DNA of 64,000 nt from a virus: positions 64,001 through 128,000 of IMG/VR virus record IMGVR_UViG_3300036715_000153. One strand, written 5' to 3'. Below, piece after piece: positions 59,058-64,000 of the stretch. A model generated the notes under the pieces. That model saw only the letters and a program-made list of their open reading frames with translations, did no database searches and was not told the origin of the DNA. The translations under genes and the position numbers were made by a program. Position 1 is the first letter of the stretch; each line of letters opens with the position of its first letter.

Positions 59058-59092
59058 TTATACAGCCTTGTACGAATAAATCAACCTTTATT
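59058..59092 (-). promoter_or_regulatory. Early sigma70-type promoter
   Basis: AAATAAAGG-TTGATT-16 nt-TATAAT-CACTACA; same downstream signature as the 49.8-kb promoter. Confidence 0.7.
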
Positions 59093-59115
59093 TGGACCCT
59101 AAAACAATCAATGAC

Positions 59116-59517
59116 TTACCATCTACCTAAAACCAACTTATATTCCATTTCCCATAAGTTTCTGTCTTTGTACGGCACGATTATTATGTCAGACATATCG
59201 AATCCCTTAAATGTGGCTGGGCAGTGAACGATATCTAGAAGCTTCCATTCAGTCAACAATCTGGATATCGTGTATAAGTTGCTACGCTCGTCTGGAGTTA
59301 GCTCTTCTACATGTAGTCCATTTAAGGCTAGCCCAGTCTTGTAGTTAATTAAGAAGTATCTGCCTTGGATGTGCATGATATTCCAGAACAGCGTTAACGT
59401 CTTTACCTCACACTGTTTTGCTTTACCGATCCGTTCTAGCGTTTCTTTAATACGCAGGAAATCTGCCTCTTGTTTGATTGATATTTCTATCATGTCGTCT
59501 AATAGCAGTTCTATCAT
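59116..59517 (-). CDS. regA: Translational repressor RegA
   Basis: DFLRIKETLERIG, GRYFLINYK, LLTEWKLL; follows gp62. Confidence 0.85.
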   Translation of the reverse strand: MIELLLDDMIEISIKQEADFLRIKETLERIGKAKQCEVKTLTLFWNIMHIQGRYFLINYKTGLALNGLHVEELTPDERSNLYTISRLLTEWKLLDIVHCPATFKGFDMSDIIIVPYKDRNLWEMEYKLVLGRW

Positions 59518-59888
59518 GCTCTGCCGCCCTTGTTAGTTCTTTCTTTTAGCCGTTCTATCTCAGTCGGGGTAATCATATCTACGATAGATCTTGCATAGGT
59601 GTCAGAATAGCCATAGCAACTCTTTAGTAGTTCCACGACATCGTCGCTTTCGGCCTTATGCCACTTACCGAACCTTTTACCCTTTTTAACAGTGTTATAT
59701 AAAAAGTCGAACTGCATCTTTTTGTCGATGTGCGACATTTGATTTACTTGGTTCGCGAGTAGCACTGTATCGGCGAACTGACTCAATCCCTTGTTAATCA
59801 TAAACGGAACATAATCCTTTTCCATGTCCGTCGACCACAGATGTTGTTTCTTTTCATTTATGATAGATAATATATCGAATGGAGTCAT
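59514..59888 (-). CDS. gp62: Clamp loader small subunit
   Basis: YVPFMINKGLSQFADTVLLAN, QFDFL, RFGKW, KGG. Confidence 0.93.
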   Translation of the reverse strand: MTPFDILSIINEKKQHLWSTDMEKDYVPFMINKGLSQFADTVLLANQVNQMSHIDKKMQFDFLYNTVKKGKRFGKWHKAESDDVVELLKSCYGYSDTYARSIVDMITPTEIERLKERTNKGGRA

Positions 59889-59983
59889 CTAACAATCTTC
59901 CGCATGTTGAGTATTGCCATCTTCGTCGGTATCCCAAAAGAACACAACACTTTTTCCGTATACTGATACATCGACCATGAATA

Positions 59984-60946
59984 TCATTTGAACTCGACTC
60001 CCGACATAACTTCAATGGAAAATGCTGCCATATTTAACTCTTGGTCAGGACACGTTACAGACTTATATTGATACTCGGCGATAATTAATACTATCTGCGG
60101 AATGCTCTGTGGCTCAACTAAGTCATACATCGAATCATACATCGCGCGGAATACAGCATCGGTAGACATCGTTCCAATGTTCTCTGCAATCCACTTACGC
60201 GCATCTTTAAATGACTTAGCCTTAAGAGCTGCAGTAAACGCATCAATGCTATTATTAGATCCGTACTTAACCACATCTCCGTCGATCTTCCCAGTAGCAG
60301 AAGCATAACGTTGTAGTTCGTTGAGCGTTCGACGATAGTCTGGAAAATGTTTAGTGATTACTTCTACGAGTGCTCGTTTATCGAACCCGATACCCTCGTT
60401 AGTGAGGATCGCTCCAGCACGATCAAACATTTGCTTAGCTAACGCTGGCTTATCTTCATTGTTAATATGGAAATCAATAACAGAACAGCGGGAGTGTATT
60501 GGCTGAATAATACGATTAGGAAAGTTACAAGTAAGAAAGAATCTAACATGTTGAGAATATTCCTCCATGAACGCCCTGAAGGCAGATTGTAAAATAGGTG
60601 TCGATGAATCAAACTCATCGCAAATAATAACCTTAGTATTACCAGACAAAGACACGCTAGATGCGTATTGAGTCATCGTGGTTCTCAGGACATCGATACC
60701 TCGATCGTTTGATAGGTTTAGTAAGATGAAGTCAAACCCGAGTTCGTTACACAGTGCCTTGGCAATAGTTGTTTTGCCTTGCCCGGCGCCGCCAGACAGT
60801 AGTAGGTGTGGTGTATCCTTGCGCTCGACGTAACCTTTAAAAATGTCTTTAATGTTCTTCGGCAGTACACATGCGTCGATTGTAATTGGACGGTATGCTT
60901 CTGTCCAAATAGATTCCATGGGGTGAGTCTTCGTCACTTCGTTCAT
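59984..60946 (-). CDS. gp44: Clamp loader large subunit
   Basis: WTEAYRP, GGAGQGKTT, IICDE, IHSRC, FPDYRR. Confidence 0.96.
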   Translation of the reverse strand: MNEVTKTHPMESIWTEAYRPITIDACVLPKNIKDIFKGYVERKDTPHLLLSGGAGQGKTTIAKALCNELGFDFILLNLSNDRGIDVLRTTMTQYASSVSLSGNTKVIICDEFDSSTPILQSAFRAFMEEYSQHVRFFLTCNFPNRIIQPIHSRCSVIDFHINNEDKPALAKQMFDRAGAILTNEGIGFDKRALVEVITKHFPDYRRTLNELQRYASATGKIDGDVVKYGSNNSIDAFTAALKAKSFKDARKWIAENIGTMSTDAVFRAMYDSMYDLVEPQSIPQIVLIIAEYQYKSVTCPDQELNMAAFSIEVMSGVEFK

Positions 60947-60995
60947 ATTATATTCCTGTGGTTATTCGTTAGGGTGGAATCTCGCCACCCAGATG

Positions 60996-61685
60996 TTAGT
61001 TTTGTGCTACTTTGCTACTTGCTTCCATTGCCACAAACAGTGCCATACGAGCCGAAGTAAACTTCACCAGACCTTTAAAGGAGATGTTAACCGTATACTC
61101 GTCTGCCAGCAGTTTCAAGTTCTCGACACGCAAATCCACAGTGTATGTTGATTGTGGCTCATCGCTTACAGGGATAGTCATTACGTTAGCACTAGGGTTT
61201 TTCTTGTCACATACATTAATAGAGATGCCATCTCCAGATCCAATTACTTGGATATCTGGTGCACCGATAACTCCAGATGCCTTAATGATTTGAGCAAGCG
61301 TGTCCGCAGTCAGCTTAAACGTCGCATCCCATGATGGATCGGGGTTTGCCTTGGATGGATATACCAACAACTCTTTAGCAGATGCAACATACTTGAGCTT
61401 AGTGCCTTTCGTTTGACCGGATTCTGTAATCGTTACAAACTTTTCTGTGAACGTTAACTCTGGAGTCTTAAACAATGTAAGCGATGCGAGCAGCTCACCT
61501 AGGTTGTAGACCGGGAACTCAACAGGGAACGTTTCCGCGACCTCAGATTTAAACACAACGTTCTTGCCTACGCTCATGCTCCAGATAAGATTGCTATCCT
61601 CACGAATTAACATGTTCTGGTTTACAGAATAAGCCATACGCATCAACTCTACTGTTTCTTTACTTAGTACGATACTCTTTGACAT
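60996..61685 (-). CDS. gp45: Sliding clamp
   Basis: LSKETVE, FPVEFPVYNL, ENLKLL; upstream of gp44. Confidence 0.9.
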   Translation of the reverse strand: MSKSIVLSKETVELMRMAYSVNQNMLIREDSNLIWSMSVGKNVVFKSEVAETFPVEFPVYNLGELLASLTLFKTPELTFTEKFVTITESGQTKGTKLKYVASAKELLVYPSKANPDPSWDATFKLTADTLAQIIKASGVIGAPDIQVIGSGDGISINVCDKKNPSANVMTIPVSDEPQSTYTVDLRVENLKLLADEYTVNISFKGLVKFTSARMALFVAMEASSKVAQN

Positions 61686-61723
61686 CTTATATTCCTCTTC
61701 TTTGTTGTTAGTTAATCATTATA

Positions 61724-62425
61724 TTATACGACTGGGGTGTTGTCAACTTCATTTTCGTTTAATGGCATTTCTGCATTCTCGGGCAATTCTAATAACTTAG
61801 ACAATGCTCCGTTGTAGAGTATATCAAGGTTGTCGTGTAGATAGCCATCAAACATACCGTGTTTGATCGATTCTTCTGCATCCATAAACACATCACAATC
61901 TTTAACTAGGTGCTTTTTGATGTATTTGATATCTTTGCCCGTTTCTTTGACGTACGTATTAACGATACGCTTTGCTGTCATCTCAAAGTCTTTAACGCGA
62001 GCCATTAAGTCTACGTGTTTAGATGTACCTTCTCCAAAGTCTGCAGAGTATTGATGAGACAACACAGAACAATTCTCATCAATCAGTCTAGTTTCACATG
62101 ACATCGCAATAAACAGAGCAGCAGAGGAACACGTACCAACTGCAACACAATTCACAGGGATGAGCGATGATTTAATAAAAGCGATTAGAGCGTATGCAGC
62201 AGACACATCCCCACCGCCAGAATTGATTATTAAGGTGATCGACTCGTGTTTACCTTTAAGACTCTCTGTGTGTATAAACTGCGACGCATTGCTACACGAC
62301 TGCTCTGTTATAGTTCCCTTAAGATAATACACTCCAGTTTCTTGCGATTCACTGTACACTGGATCTATCATACTTTCCAGGGACAGTTCTTCGACTGCAC
62401 TTTCGTCAGACGACATTCGTTTCAT
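61724..62425 (-). CDS. clpP: ClpP-like serine protease
   Basis: INSGGGDV, CSSAA (Ser nucleophile), LSHQ, DVFMDAEESIKHG; GGAGG RBS before MKRMSS. Confidence 0.85.
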   Translation of the reverse strand: MKRMSSDESAVEELSLESMIDPVYSESQETGVYYLKGTITEQSCSNASQFIHTESLKGKHESITLIINSGGGDVSAAYALIAFIKSSLIPVNCVAVGTCSSAALFIAMSCETRLIDENCSVLSHQYSADFGEGTSKHVDLMARVKDFEMTAKRIVNTYVKETGKDIKYIKKHLVKDCDVFMDAEESIKHGMFDGYLHDNLDILYNGALSKLLELPENAEMPLNENEVDNTPVV

Positions 62426-62426
62426 A

Positions 62427-62753
62427 TTACCTCCGTTTCTTTTTAGACTGAGGTGCCGGTTCTGATACGACAACATCAGGAGTAGACTCCACAACAGGTT
62501 CGACGACATCTAATGATACAACTTCTGTTTTAATCTGTTTACCGTGCTCCCAATACTCTACGTGACCGTTTAATCGCACAATAGCAGGTCCGTCTTTTCT
62601 GTGAAGTTGGTTGTCCTTGAGATACCACTTTTCTCCGTTGGGAAATTCGATTGCTGGGCCATCATCGCAATGTAGTCCAACCTTAACCCCGTCGACGACT
62701 TTAAATCGTTCGACTTTACCATCTGGGTGTGTTACTACTAACTCTTCTGTCAT
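62427..62753 (-). CDS. Hypothetical protein with LHxxDGPA repeats
   Basis: LHCDDGPAIE and LHRKDGPAIV. Confidence 0.7.
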   Translation of the reverse strand: MTEELVVTHPDGKVERFKVVDGVKVGLHCDDGPAIEFPNGEKWYLKDNQLHRKDGPAIVRLNGHVEYWEHGKQIKTEVVSLDVVEPVVESTPDVVVSEPAPQSKKKRR

Positions 62754-62786
62754 TATACGTCCTTTACTGTTAAAGTGTGATTGAAT

Positions 62787-63380
62787 TCACAAACCATTAA
62801 AAATCCTTCGTAGTGGTTTATCGAGATACCGGCTGTGTTCCATATTGCTCCAGAAATAATTACCAGAAATAATAGCATTCTGAATTACATTTAAAAGCGG
62901 ATTAATTTCAGTAAGTGGTTTTAACTCGCAACAAATATAGATTTGATTTTCTTTGCTTTTCTCTGCGTAGTGTATGCCTATCTTCTTATCGAAGTTATCT
63001 TTTTCTGAGCAGATAGAAGGATATACTTTAATGATATTATTCTTGTAATTGATATCACAGATAAGAGTAGCACCACCTTTAGCCGCGATCTCAGTTGTAT
63101 CATAATTAAAGCCACGCACATGACGAATCACGGTTACTACATCTGGCTTTTCTTCTTTCTTAGGTGATTCGGTTGAAAGAAGAAACTGTGCTTTCTCTAA
63201 ACCAAGATATGTAATAATATTAATAGCAGAACCATCTTTATCTACTAGATAATAATGATTTTCTCCTGAAATGATGTTAGTTAGAGAGCAAAGAATTGCC
63301 TCATACTTAACATCGAACAACATTCCTGTTTTATTGACGTGTGCTTTCTTCCCGTCTATGAAATCTTGCAGATTAAACAT
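62787..63380 (-). CDS. Hypothetical protein
   Basis: 197 aa; KGGATL and CSEKDNFDKKIG motifs; AAGGAG RBS. Confidence 0.65.
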   Translation of the reverse strand: MFNLQDFIDGKKAHVNKTGMLFDVKYEAILCSLTNIISGENHYYLVDKDGSAINIITYLGLEKAQFLLSTESPKKEEKPDVVTVIRHVRGFNYDTTEIAAKGGATLICDINYKNNIIKVYPSICSEKDNFDKKIGIHYAEKSKENQIYICCELKPLTEINPLLNVIQNAIISGNYFWSNMEHSRYLDKPLRRIFNGL

Positions 63381-63556
63381 TATACATACTCCTTATTAGT
63401 TGTGTCAATATCTCGAACGCTTTCTTTCTTTACCATATACACACATTTAAAAACTGTTTCATACACGACATCGTAAATCTGACCGATCTTGTCGTGGTAC
63501 CAAGTTCTAATATCCCCGCCGTGTGCTTCCGATGAAACAATCTTTTCCCCGATCAT
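63380..63556 (-). CDS. Hypothetical protein (58 aa)
   Basis: GAGGAG RBS; MIGEKIV...WYHDKIGQIYDV. Confidence 0.55.
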   Translation of the reverse strand: MIGEKIVSSEAHGGDIRTWYHDKIGQIYDVVYETVFKCVYMVKKESVRDIDTTNKEYV

Positions 63557-63613
63557 AAAATCTCCTCATTTAATTTGTTATTCAAGAACTCACGCACGAT
63601 CATGTTAATAGGA

Positions 63614-63715
63614 TTAGATACCGCATTCATCTTTGCCTATGTAACGTGCTTGATGTTGTACGTTCTTAACTACATCTCGGAATCTACCGATACTATTGTA
63701 TGGTATATGTTTCAT
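63614..63715 (-). pseudogene. Possible N-terminal remnant of a phage RNA ligase
   Basis: MKHIPYNSIGRFRDVVKNVQHQARYIGKDECGI* resembles, from memory, N-termini of Rnl2-like phage ligases; stops before any KxHG motif. Confidence 0.35.
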
Positions 63716-63743
63716 TTCTTTTACTCATCCATTACTAATGGTG

Positions 63744-64000
63744 CTATGCTAGCAATTGTACATTCTTTAACGTTGATATTGGGCTATTACACCAACCCGC
63801 AATAAACTCTGATATAGATCCATACTTACCTATAGAAACCACATACTCTGAATTCTCTTCGGTGTTATATGCGACCTGATATCTCTTAGGTTCTTCAGTT
63901 TCTCTCATCGCCTCAGACTTCTCTGCATAGTTTGTGTGATAATAGTGTTTACTGTCAACAAACCCAACAGGATATCCATCAATGTCTGTTAGGATATCAG
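63744..64000 (-). CDS. Hypothetical protein, 5'-truncated by the window edge
   Basis: Open frame DILTDIDGYPVGFVD...VQLLA*. Confidence 0.45.
   Translation of the reverse strand, partial: DILTDIDGYPVGFVDSKHYYHTNYAEKSEAMRETEEPKRYQVAYNTEENSEYVVSIGKYGSISEFIAGWCNSPISTLKNVQLLA

Noticed and set aside
60972-60990. GC-rich hairpin between gp45 and gp44 as a terminator
   Set aside because: No U-tract follows on the coding strand; it may be a processing or stability hairpin, but this is unsupported.
61723-61746. Sigma70 promoter TTGACA...TATAAT upstream of gp45
   Set aside because: The spacer is only 12 nt. It could be a middle-type promoter, but one instance is not enough to call.

Overview
This 64-kb window is part of a lytic T4-like (myovirus) phage genome: AT-rich, standard genetic code, probably with a proteobacterial host (sigma70-type early promoters, IHF-like sites). 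From left to right it holds virion/fibre genes and a membrane (lysis-like) cassette; a large terminase split by an atypical split intein, with an IS605-type tnpB element inserted in the split; gp16-gp13; a DUF4815/VrlC-like gene in three pieces; baseplate gp8/7/6/25; thyX, dUTPase and nrdB/nrdA; gp33/59/32; gp26 with a -1 frameshift into a gp51-like ORF; tape measure, gp54, gp2, gp4, gp48, gp53, gp27, gp5 and an endolysin; a late operon of enzymes with T4-type capsid-targeting N-termini; primase; early small genes; regA, gp62/44/45 and ClpP. Three points stand out. (1) An apparently active RNA-guided TnpB sits between the halves of the split intein in terL; its ends, target motif, guide and empty site can be reconstructed, it carries phage late-promoter motifs, and three solo-end scars occur elsewhere. 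(2) A second split intein, in an AAA+ ATPase P-loop, has an N-intein of only 14 aa. (3) A putative head-packaged cassette encodes two Pol-beta-like nucleotidyltransferase domains, a HIGH nucleotidyltransferase, a HAD phosphatase, a nuclease-like protein and that ATPase. All family assignments come from motif recognition by eye; no database searches were run.
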